A stretch of 64,000 nt of DNA from Bryobacteraceae bacterium (GTDB lineage: Bacteria; Acidobacteriota; Terriglobia; Bryobacterales; Bryobacteraceae): the NCBI GenBank assembly GCA_035475295.1, contig DATIMM010000117.1:4869-68868 (forward strand), in the 5' to 3' direction. The notes below the pieces were generated by a model, which did not search any database, was not told the origin of the DNA, and saw only the letters and a list, made by a program, of their open reading frames with translations. The translations under genes were made by a program, and so were the position numbers. Position 1 is the first letter of the stretch, and the number at the start of each line of letters is the position of its first letter. Below, piece by piece: positions 29,016-36,914 of this stretch.

Positions 29016-29256
29016 CGCTGATCTTCTCGTGCAAATCCGCTGTGTGCTTGTTTTTGAGGTAAGCGTGGCGTTGCAAAAACTCAATCGTCTCAGATGCTGC
29101 ACGTCCCTCAAGTTCAAGCACGTGATCGCTATCGAAATGGATCAGCAGGTGATCGGAACGCATGTCATCAACGAATCGAATGAGGTCTGGGTTGATTAGG
29201 CGTACCTCGCCGTCGTTGTCGGTGATTATCCAGAAGGGGGAGGCCATACACGGCAT
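29002..29256 (-). CDS. Small hypothetical protein (84 aa).
   Basis: ORF located between the transposase stop and the plus-strand cassette. It overlaps the 55-aa ORF convergently by 14 nt. It has weak similarity to the 78-aa ORF at 30613-30849. Confidence 0.4.
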   Translation of the reverse strand: MPCMASPFWIITDNDGEVRLINPDLIRFVDDMRSDHLLIHFDSDHVLELEGRAASETIEFLQRHAYLKNKHTADLHEKISVKPK

Positions 29257-29326
29257 GGTAGTACACCCGCATGGCGTTTAACCGTGTGCATTTCGCTTCC
29301 CACGTCCCTGACGTTTAGCTTCCTTT

Positions 29327-30286
29327 TCAGAAAGCTTCCGTTTCTCCCTCCTTCCCGGTCAGTTCCTTGTAGGTCAATCTCCGACCGACGATCTGCTTCA
29401 TGGCCGCAACGAACCGTTCACCGTCATCCGCATCCTTGCGGTGGTTATAACGGAATGTCTGTTCATCCACGTAGCGGAATAGATGGAATGGTTCGACCGA
29501 AATATAGGTGCCACCTAGGCCGCGCTTCAGGAGGCTCCAGAAGTTCTCCAGACCATTGGTGTGAATCTGACCATTCACGTACGTCTCAGCGTGATTGATG
29601 ACGCCGTGGGCATATTCAGCCTGAAGACCGAAATAGGATCGCAGTTGATCGGTGTAGACGTGGGAACCGGCTTCCACATTTTCACGAACGGCGGGAACAA
29701 CGTTCTGAAACTGGGTGTTGTCGATGACATGAGCGCGAATCTCTCCGCCGCGCTCAAGAATGCCTTGCACCCCGATCTTTCCTGCAACACCGCCGCCTTT
29801 GCCTTCGAGCTTCTTTAGCTTGCGCGCCTTGTGCATGTTCCGCGCTTTGCCACCTATGTACGATTCGTCCACCTCGCATTCGCCAGAGAGTTTGCCGCCT
29901 TTACGGTCATCCTGCATGGCCAGCCGAGCGCGTTGCAGCACAAACCATGCGGTCTTTTGGGTCACGCCCATCGAGCGGTGAATCTCCCAAGAAGAGATAC
30001 CGTTCTTGGAGTTCACGACCAGCCACATGACCGGTAGCCACTTGTCTAAGCCGATAGGAGAATCCTCGAAGACGGTTCCGACCTTCAGCGAGAATTTCTG
30101 TTTGGGATGCTTCTCGTAGCACTTGAAGACTTTGGCGTTGGGAAGGTATGCAACGTCATCGGAACCGCAATGAGGACAACGCACCTTGCCATCCGGCCAA
30201 CGCAGCTTCGTCATGAACTCGTGGCAGTTGTCCGCGGTGGAGAAGTAGACGATGGCTTCTTGGAGGGTCTTAGGAGCGCGTTCCAT
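29327..30286 (-). CDS. IS1595-family (ISXO2-like) DDE transposase with an N-terminal zinc ribbon.
   Basis: 319 aa. RWPDGKVRCPHCGS...FKCYE..CKQKFS-type zinc ribbon, a WLPVMWLVVNSKNGISS HTH-like region, then DESYIGG, YTDQLRSY and HTNGLENFWSLLKRGLGGTY (the D, D, N/E + KR pattern of IS1595 transposases). Confidence 0.9.
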   Translation of the reverse strand: MERAPKTLQEAIVYFSTADNCHEFMTKLRWPDGKVRCPHCGSDDVAYLPNAKVFKCYEKHPKQKFSLKVGTVFEDSPIGLDKWLPVMWLVVNSKNGISSWEIHRSMGVTQKTAWFVLQRARLAMQDDRKGGKLSGECEVDESYIGGKARNMHKARKLKKLEGKGGGVAGKIGVQGILERGGEIRAHVIDNTQFQNVVPAVRENVEAGSHVYTDQLRSYFGLQAEYAHGVINHAETYVNGQIHTNGLENFWSLLKRGLGGTYISVEPFHLFRYVDEQTFRYNHRKDADDGERFVAAMKQIVGRRLTYKELTGKEGETEAF

Positions 30287-30292
30287 ATATCA

Positions 30293-30321
30293 AGTATGCC
30301 TGAAATCGCTCTGTCAGTCAA
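30293..30321 (-). promoter_or_regulatory. Candidate transposase promoter, partly inside the IR. It predicts a leaderless or near-leaderless mRNA.
   Basis: On the minus strand: TTGACT (30321-30316), a 17-nt spacer, then CATACT (30298-30293). The -10 ends 6 nt before the ATG at 30286, and no SD sequence fits in between. Confidence 0.35.
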
Positions 30322-30342
30322 GTATATTTATACCACTTCCAG

Positions 30343-30361
30343 GGTACAAATATACTTCACT
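30343..30361 (+). repeat. Extra partial copy of the left IR, abutting the right end of the element.
   Basis: GGTACAAATATACTTCACT is identical 19/19 to 27859-27877. It is separated from the right IR (30310-30334) by exactly the 8-bp ACTTCCAG. Confidence 0.85.
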
Positions 30362-30612
30362 AATCCGGAGTCTGTTCTGTTGGTTCCGGCGTGATTGGTA
30401 TCGCCAGCGACGGCGATTGTTGATCGGCATCCCCGGCTGGATCTTGGCGGCTTGTCTGATCTGGCATGGCGGCAGCATTTTGCTGTTGCCGTGACATCCT
30501 GGCGGGATATATATGAACGCCTTAATGCCATCTTCCTGCGTATCAAGCGCTGGATCGTGTCGATGGGGCCCATGCCCAGTTGATAGCGGCTCACCCCGAG
30601 AGCGCTGGATAG

Positions 30613-30849
30613 CTACTCCTCCTGACTTTCGACAGTCTCGGCATGAACCCCAATATACGGGTCGATTTGACGTCTGAATTCTACTGCATTCTCTCCTGCC
30701 GGGATTGTAAATACCTGCGAAGCGCCGCCTTTTCTTATCGCGGTAGTTATCACTCGGAGATGGCCGTCTTTCGTTTCGACGACCGCTACGATTGCGTTCA
30801 TATTGATGAGGTGTTTCCCGATTTGTATGAAGGGCGTTCCTATATCCAT
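30613..30849 (-). CDS. Small hypothetical protein (78 aa).
   Basis: An ORF in low-GC DNA just outside the IS1595-type element. It has no recognisable motifs and a weak resemblance to ORF 29002-29256. Confidence 0.4.
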   Translation of the reverse strand: MDIGTPFIQIGKHLINMNAIVAVVETKDGHLRVITTAIRKGGASQVFTIPAGENAVEFRRQIDPYIGVHAETVESQEE

Positions 30850-31029
30850 CAGGTGAGCCTATCACGCCTGTTCGAGGAATGCTGAAGCTCTATCGTTGGC
30901 GAGAATCAACAATCAAGAGCATAGTGCAGAACCTGCAGGAACCTAAAACGTAAATACGGGCGGCGTTTGCCCTCATCGAGCCAGATGTCAGCGAGCTGCG
31001 GGTCCGGTTCACCCCAGTTGTATCGCCCT

Positions 31030-31245
31030 TCATCGATAATGCTCAAGCCAATACAGCGCGCCGAACGCAACCACCAATACGGGGGCAGAAACCATCAACG
31101 CTCGCGCACTTCGGAGCGGCTCTCTCCAATCCGCTGTGGCGAGAAAAACCAAGCTCACTGGCACCAGCGCCACGATCGACAACTGAAAAAGATGTGCCCC
31201 TGCGCCCTCGTCCGGTTGCGGCGGCTGAGCGTACCCGCTGAGCAC
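31030..31245 (-). CDS. Possible small membrane protein or gene fragment.
   Basis: 71-aa GTG-initiated ORF with two hydrophobic segments. The hydrophobic stretch continues upstream of the GTG without a start codon, which suggests truncation. Confidence 0.25.
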   Translation of the reverse strand: MLSGYAQPPQPDEGAGAHLFQLSIVALVPVSLVFLATADWREPLRSARALMVSAPVLVVAFGALYWLEHYR

Positions 31246-31478
31246 CGCAAGTAACGCAATAAAAGACAGGGCACTTATGGATATGGCCGCTCACGCGGTT
31301 CATTTGCTCGCCACGCATCGCGTAACTTCCTTTCCGGCTAGTTATCGCCGATTCCGCTGCGCCAGGGCCGCCTACCATGAATCGGCACCACTATTCTTCC
31401 ACGCTTCGATCCGGCCCAGCCATCCCGTACCGTTTGGACGTTCCGCCCCGTTGACCGCGCGTAAATTGGCACCGCATC

Positions 31479-32249
31479 CTACGGCGTCATCCGAAAGAAA
31501 TACGCCGTCATCACCAACCCCACCCCAATCACGATCGCCCGAATAGTACCCGGCTTCAGCCGCCGCGCAAACATCGGCCCCACCAAACCGCCGGTAGTCG
31601 CAGCCGCCATCATCACCAGCGTTGGAATCCAGTCCACCTTATGCATCGCGATAAAAAGAATCGCCGCAATCGCATTCAAACTTGCGCCGAGAATCGCCTT
31701 CACCCCAAGCGACGCGTGCATGTCTGTCATTCCATACAAACCGAACGCCGCCATGAACATGATCCCGATGCCGCCCCCGAAGTATCCGCCGTAAAGCGAG
31801 ATCGGAAACAAAAGGCACAGCATCGAAATCCGGTTCCCGTGCAATCGCCCGCGCATCACTAAACCAATGTGCCTGCCAAACGCGAAAACCAGCGTCGCAA
31901 ACAGCAGCAGCCACGGAGCAATCTCACGAAATGTCCGGTCGGACGTCACCAGCAGCAACCACGCTCCCAATATCCCGCCCGCCAGACTAACGGTCAGCCA
32001 AACCTTCCATTGATTCTCATTCACGCGCCGGATATCCTCGCGGAACGCCACAGCACTGGTAAACGCCCCCGGCACCAGAGCTACCGTGCTCGACGCGTTC
32101 GCCATCACGGCCGGAACACCGCTAATCACCAGTGCGGGAAACGTGAGAAAACTTCCACCACCGGCCAGCGCATTGATGAAGCCAGCGCCGAAACCGGCAA
32201 CCATCAGCAGCAAATAAGTCATCCTGGTTTTGCGGCGGACTTGACACAC
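31479..32249 (-). CDS. TauE/SafE-family (DUF81) anion exporter.
   Basis: A polytopic membrane protein with FINALAGGGSFLTFPAL and a second GGLVGP half-repeat. The likely start is MTYLLL at 32222. Confidence 0.82.
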   Translation of the reverse strand: MCQVRRKTRMTYLLLMVAGFGAGFINALAGGGSFLTFPALVISGVPAVMANASSTVALVPGAFTSAVAFREDIRRVNENQWKVWLTVSLAGGILGAWLLLVTSDRTFREIAPWLLLFATLVFAFGRHIGLVMRGRLHGNRISMLCLLFPISLYGGYFGGGIGIMFMAAFGLYGMTDMHASLGVKAILGASLNAIAAILFIAMHKVDWIPTLVMMAAATTGGLVGPMFARRLKPGTIRAIVIGVGLVMTAYFFRMTP

Positions 32250-32316
32250 GCGCCGAGCCTCTGGACTCGATCTGTAAATACAAGTCAGCCGATAGTGATA
32301 CTGTATCCTGCGAACT

Positions 32317-33192
32317 GTGCGTCGCCCTCTTCCCTTCCTCCCTGCCCTCCTCTATTCCCTTCTCCTTACACCGGTAATCTCTGCGCAGGTGGTCCCAAAA
32401 TGGAATAAGCCGACACCGCCATTTCGCATCGCCGGGAACATCTACTACGTCGGCACGAACTATCTCGCCTCGTATCTCATCACGACCCCCGCTGGCGACA
32501 TCCTCATTAATCCCGACTACACCGAGTCCGTTCCGCTGATCGAGAAGAGCGTGGCTCAACTAGGGCACAAGTTTTCTGATATCAAAATCATCCTCATCAG
32601 CCACGCGCACGACGACCACGCCGCCGGGTGCGCCGTCGCCAAAAAGCTATCCGGCGCTCGTCTGATGGTTATGGAACAGGACGTTCCCCTCATCGAAACC
32701 GGCGGCGCCGGCGATTTCGCTTATCACGCGCGTTGGGCTCCTGCAAAGGTCGACCGCGTGTTACACGATGGCGACAAGGTCACCCTTAGCGGAACTACCC
32801 TCGTTGCGCATCTCACGCCCGGTCATACAAAAGGCTGCACCACTTGGACCACCGACGTCGTGGATAACGGACAGATTCACCACGCCGTCATTATTGGAAG
32901 TACGACTATCGGCCCCAACTACCGTCTGGTCGCAAACCCGCAGTATCCAGCCATCGCGAAAGACTACGAACAGACATTCCGAGTCCTCCACTCCTTGCCC
33001 TGCGATCTTTTCCTCGGAGCTCACGGCGTATACTTCAACCTCGACGAAAAGCGAAAGCGTATGAATGACGGAGGTCCCAACCCCTTCATCGATCCCGCCG
33101 GATACCAAGCCTTTGTAAACGAAACCGAGCAGAATTTCAAGAACCAACTCGCCAAGCAACAAGCGGCGAAGCCCCTGAAAGGAACCACTTGA
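32317..33192 (+). CDS. Secreted metallo-beta-lactamase-fold hydrolase, subclass B3-like.
   Basis: Signal peptide present. HAHDDH (HxHxDH), TPGHTKGCTTW and LGAHG motifs sit in B3-like positions. Confidence 0.78.
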   Translation: MRRPLPFLPALLYSLLLTPVISAQVVPKWNKPTPPFRIAGNIYYVGTNYLASYLITTPAGDILINPDYTESVPLIEKSVAQLGHKFSDIKIILISHAHDDHAAGCAVAKKLSGARLMVMEQDVPLIETGGAGDFAYHARWAPAKVDRVLHDGDKVTLSGTTLVAHLTPGHTKGCTTWTTDVVDNGQIHHAVIIGSTTIGPNYRLVANPQYPAIAKDYEQTFRVLHSLPCDLFLGAHGVYFNLDEKRKRMNDGGPNPFIDPAGYQAFVNETEQNFKNQLAKQQAAKPLKGTT

Positions 33193-34229
33193 GACCCTAC
33201 TTCCTACTGCTCCTGCTGCCCCTCCTCGCGAACGCAGCCGGTACCTATAGCGCGGAAAAGCGCACCGATCACGGCGTCGAAATCATTCGCCTCGCCGACA
33301 CCGCCCGCGGCGTCGAAGTCTCCATCGTGCCTTCGGTTGGCAATCGTGCTTACGAACTGAAGGTGCATGGAAAGAATCTTCTTTACTTCCCTTCTCCCGA
33401 TGTGGCCGCCTTCAAAAACAGTAAACAGCCGGGGTTGAACGGCATCCCGTTCCTCGCTCCCTGGGCGAATCGCATTGCTGGCGGAAGCTTCTGGGCCAAT
33501 GGTCACAAATACGTCTTCAACCCCGATCTCGGCACGGTCCGCGTAAGTCCCAACGGCATTGCCATCCACGGCATGTTAACCTCCTCGCCGCTGTGGAACG
33601 TCACGGATCTCGGATCCGATGGCAAATCCGCGCACGTCACCAGTCGGCTTCTCTTCTGGAAATATCCGGACCTCCTGGCGAACTGGCCCTTCGCTCATGA
33701 GTACGAAGTGACGTACACCCTCGCCGATGGTGTTCTCCAGGTCACTACAACCGTGAAAAATCTGAGCGCCAAGCCCATGCCGGTTGTGCTCGGGTTCCAT
33801 CCCTACTTCAATATTCCCGATGTGCCGCGCTCACACGCCGTCGCTCACATACCGGCTCGAAAGCATGTGGAGACAAATCCGCAGTTGGTAGCGACCGGCG
33901 AGTTCACAGCAAATGACCTGCCCGATCAGGTCTCTCTCAGGGACCACACCTTCGATGATGGATTCACGGACCTCATACGAGGCAGCGATGGCCGTGCGAT
34001 TTTTTCGGTACAGGCAGGCGCCAAAAAAATTGAGGTTATCTACGGGCCCAAATACCAGGTCGGTGTCGTTTACGCTCCGCCCAATCAAAACTTCATCTGC
34101 TTCGAACCCATGACTGCCGTCACAAACGGCATCAACCTCGCCCACGACGGCAAATATCCCGAACTGCAGACCGTAGCTCCCGGTGGAACCTGGCGTGAAA
34201 GCTTCTGGGTCCGGTTCAGTGGATTCTAA
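33189..34229 (+). CDS. Aldose 1-epimerase (galactose mutarotase) family protein, secreted.
   Basis: 346 aa with a TTG start that overlaps the upstream stop by 4 nt. NGIPFLAPWANRI, GFHPYF and CFEPMT motifs are present. Confidence 0.78.
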   Translation: MRPYFLLLLLPLLANAAGTYSAEKRTDHGVEIIRLADTARGVEVSIVPSVGNRAYELKVHGKNLLYFPSPDVAAFKNSKQPGLNGIPFLAPWANRIAGGSFWANGHKYVFNPDLGTVRVSPNGIAIHGMLTSSPLWNVTDLGSDGKSAHVTSRLLFWKYPDLLANWPFAHEYEVTYTLADGVLQVTTTVKNLSAKPMPVVLGFHPYFNIPDVPRSHAVAHIPARKHVETNPQLVATGEFTANDLPDQVSLRDHTFDDGFTDLIRGSDGRAIFSVQAGAKKIEVIYGPKYQVGVVYAPPNQNFICFEPMTAVTNGINLAHDGKYPELQTVAPGGTWRESFWVRFSGF

Positions 34230-34278
34230 GCCCGCGCATCATTGAACCGTTCAAAGGATTGCCCGATACTCAGTCGAG

Positions 34279-34854
34279 ATGATCTCCTGCCACGCCCTCG
34301 CAAAGAACTACGGCAGCGTTCGTGCTGTCTCGGATGTTTCTTTCCAGATCGAAGGAGGCAGCGTTTGTGCTTTGCTCGGACCGAACGGAGCGGGAAAATC
34401 TACTGGAGCCGTATACAAGCTGAAACGTCCGGAGGTCCAGTCCCGAACGGATCAGCTCTTACGTATTTTGCGGCTGGAGCACGGCCGGCGAACGTTCATA
34501 CAACAGTGCTCTTATGGCATGAAGAAGAAAACTTCATTGGCCATGGCGCTTTTGCCGAACCCCCAGGCTCTGTTTCTCGATGAACCGTTCGAAGGTGTTG
34601 ATCCCGTCACAGCCGAGACCATTCGCATTCAGCTTCGCGCGATGGCTCGCCGAGGCGTAACGGTTCTTCTGACGTCACATATCCTTTGGCTGGTTGATCG
34701 CGTGGCAGATCAGATCGTGATAATCAACCATGGCAAAGTTCTTCTTGATAGCGCTGTTAACGATCTGCCCCAGTTGCTTGAGAGCCTCTACCTCGAATTG
34801 ATGGAACACGCTCCAGGTGAAGACCTACAATGGATCGGATCGCAACAGTCTTAG
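34279..34854 (+). CDS. ABC transporter ATP-binding protein, abnormally short (internal deletion of the Q-loop region).
   Basis: Walker A GPNGAGKST is followed after only 36 aa by the signature-like YGMKKK, then Walker B LFLDEPFEGVD and H-loop TSH. The total is 191 aa, against roughly 230-250 aa for typical NBDs. Confidence 0.7.
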   Translation: MISCHALAKNYGSVRAVSDVSFQIEGGSVCALLGPNGAGKSTGAVYKLKRPEVQSRTDQLLRILRLEHGRRTFIQQCSYGMKKKTSLAMALLPNPQALFLDEPFEGVDPVTAETIRIQLRAMARRGVTVLLTSHILWLVDRVADQIVIINHGKVLLDSAVNDLPQLLESLYLELMEHAPGEDLQWIGSQQS

Positions 34855-35717
34855 CTCTTCTGAAGGCGCTTGGACTCGCTTCCTTGCGCGACCTTCAGTC
34901 CTTTCGTTCCATCACGGGACAGAACTTCTTTCTTTTCGTCCTGGTCATCTCTTACCAGCAAGCTGCAAGTGCCGAGTTCTTTTTCGTGATCCTGGTCGTG
35001 ATCATGCTTCTCTCCGTCTCGGCCGGCGCGATGGAGAAGTTGCCGTTCGAACGCTACGCCAGCTGGCCGGTCTCCAGACTGGAGTGGGGCATTGTTCGCG
35101 TTGAATCTGTTGCCTTCAACCCGATTGCATGGGTGGCCGTCGCGATTCTGGTGCGTGTAGGATGGCGCCTGGGCCTATTGACCGCCGCGGGCGCCGCGTT
35201 TCTGCAAGCTCTCCTATCGCTCTCAACTCGGCTGGTCCGAGCTTCACTGTATTCCTGGCTCCGCTGGATCCCAGCTCCCCCGGGAGTAACCGGCTCTATC
35301 ATGCGCCTGCAATGGCGCGAGATGCTGGCAACCCTTGATCCATACCTCGCGTTGACTCTGATGCTATCCACGGGACTGTATAGAGCATCCGGAAGGCTAA
35401 TTGATCCAGCTGCGCCACAAGTCGCCTCCCTATTGGTCAACTTAGCGATCAGCACCGAAACGCAGGTCTTGTTCTCCATGGACGGCACTGGTGCTGAACG
35501 CTATCGTCAATTGCCGCTTCGAGGCTGGCAAGTTCTGCTGGCGAAAGACTTGGCCTATCTGGTAATGCTCAGCGTACCTGTACTGCCCCTCGACTTTATC
35601 AGTGGATTCGCAAGTGGCCTTACGGTGTTGGCGATAGGTCATCTCCGCTCGGTCTTGAAACCGGTTCCGCAGGTCCGGTGGCGATTCACCTCAGGTTCGC
35701 TATTTCCGACGGGGTGA
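34830..35717 (+). CDS. Polytopic membrane protein, putative ABC exporter permease partner.
   Basis: 295 aa with multiple hydrophobic segments. It overlaps the ATPase gene's 3' end by 25 nt. Confidence 0.55.
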   Translation: MDRIATVLALLKALGLASLRDLQSFRSITGQNFFLFVLVISYQQAASAEFFFVILVVIMLLSVSAGAMEKLPFERYASWPVSRLEWGIVRVESVAFNPIAWVAVAILVRVGWRLGLLTAAGAAFLQALLSLSTRLVRASLYSWLRWIPAPPGVTGSIMRLQWREMLATLDPYLALTLMLSTGLYRASGRLIDPAAPQVASLLVNLAISTETQVLFSMDGTGAERYRQLPLRGWQVLLAKDLAYLVMLSVPVLPLDFISGFASGLTVLAIGHLRSVLKPVPQVRWRFTSGSLFPTG

Positions 35718-35984
35718 TACAAACAGTCGCTCTGTTCGCCGTCGGATTCAATATCAAAATCAAAACCATAACGCAGCCGCTTGGGTGCCTATGCTTCCTG
35801 GCCTGGCTCGCGTCGCTCTTGTTCTATGGGTGGCATTGGGATCGTCGCCGGCGACACGGGCGTCTCATTCCCTGAAAGGCGCCGTTACGGACCATACACT
35901 TCCCTCCCCAAGCGCGCTTCATTTTGCCGAATCGCGGCTTCCGAATACCGCGTCTAAAAACAGCGTCAAGGAAAGGCAGAAACA

Positions 35985-36914
35985 ATGAAGGTCTTCATAG
36001 CAGGTGCTACAGGTGCGATTGGGCGTCCGTTGATCTCCGCGTTGACCCGTGCGGGCCACGATGTCGTAGGAATGACCAGTTCGGAGCATGGCCGGCAGAC
36101 CGTAAAGGAAAACGGCGCGGATGCCGTCATCGCAAATGCGCTTGATGCGTCGGCTGTCAGCGCCGCCCTTGATAGGGTGCGGCCTGAAGTCGTCATCGAT
36201 GAGCTCACATCGCTTCCCAAGCACTACACGCCCGAGGAAATGCGTGTTGCCGCCGGACGCGATCGCACCGTGAGGCTCGAAGGAGGACGTAACGTTCAGA
36301 ATGCCGCGATAGCGGCCGGCGCACTGCGCTATATTGTGCAGTCCACCGGCTTCTTCTATGCGCCTGGTCCGGGACTCGCCGCCGAAGCGGATCCGCTTGC
36401 GGTCGATGCGTCGCCTTCCGTTTCCGCCAGCGCGCGGACCTATACCCAAATCGAAGATCGTGTACTAAACGCGGTCGGCATACAAGGTGTTGCGCTCCGG
36501 TATGGATTCTTTTATGGGCCGGGGACCTGGTTCACGCAGGATGGAGACGTAGCAAATCAGGTGCGCAACCGCCAGTACCCGATCGCGGGTTCCGGGCAGG
36601 GCGTCTGGTCATGGATTCATATCGAGGACGCCGCATCGGCTACGGCCGCGGCGCTCGAATGCGCCCCGGGGATTTACAATATTGTCGATGATGACCCCTC
36701 GCAGCTTTCCGTTTGGCTTCCCGCATTTGCCGCGTCCGTGGAAGCACCGGAACCGCCTCGCGTCAGCGAGGAGGTAGCCTTGCAGAATGCCGGTCCCGAT
36801 GCAGTCTACTACGCGACCAGCCTGCGGGGAGCTTCCAACGCCAAGGCGAAACGCGAGTTCGGCTTCGCTCCGAGAAGGTTGGAATGGCTGGCGTCACGCG
36901 GCGCCGCTGCCTGA
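35985..36914 (+). CDS. NAD(P)-dependent epimerase/dehydratase (atypical SDR/NmrA-like).
   Basis: MKVFIAGATGAIGRPLISALTRAGHDVVGMT Rossmann motif. 309 aa. Confidence 0.8.
   Translation: MKVFIAGATGAIGRPLISALTRAGHDVVGMTSSEHGRQTVKENGADAVIANALDASAVSAALDRVRPEVVIDELTSLPKHYTPEEMRVAAGRDRTVRLEGGRNVQNAAIAAGALRYIVQSTGFFYAPGPGLAAEADPLAVDASPSVSASARTYTQIEDRVLNAVGIQGVALRYGFFYGPGTWFTQDGDVANQVRNRQYPIAGSGQGVWSWIHIEDAASATAAALECAPGIYNIVDDDPSQLSVWLPAFAASVEAPEPPRVSEEVALQNAGPDAVYYATSLRGASNAKAKREFGFAPRRLEWLASRGAAA

Larger units (their letters stand above)
27859..30334 (-). mobile_element. IS1595-family element with passenger genes (transporter-IS-like), 2476 bp.
   Basis: The terminal inverted repeats are GGTACAAATATACTTCACTGACAGA (27859-27883) and the reverse complement of 30310-30334, GGTATAAATATACTTGACTGACAGA (23/25). 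Flanking 8-mers are ACTTGCAG (27851-27858) and ACTTCCAG (30335-30342), 7/8 identical. No IR-like sequence lies near the transposase stop (29257-29326). Spot counts of 38-53% GC inside the element compare with about 58-60% in the flanks. Confidence 0.6.

Noticed and set aside
30310-30361. An IRR-IRL 'junction promoter' (-35 in one IR, -10 in the other), as in IS circles or dimers.
   Set aside because: A good TATAAA -10 exists in the right IR. However, no acceptable -35 hexamer lies 16-18 nt upstream in the abutting IR copy (GTATAT / TATATT).
30314-30865. A 183-aa minus-strand ORF (and the nested 88-aa ORF 30328-30594) covering the junction region right of the IS1595-type element.
   Set aside because: Its composition is extremely Arg-rich and non-protein-like. 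It overlaps the better 78-aa ORF in another frame and runs across the IR copy. I treat 30362-30612 as non-coding or degraded DNA.
30960-31120. A protein-like frame fragment (…IDEGRYNWGEPDPQLADIWLDEGKRRPYLRF…) on the minus strand.
   Set aside because: It has no usable start codon, is bounded by a stop about 20 codons upstream, and overlaps another weak ORF. It is probably a gene relic and too short to assign.
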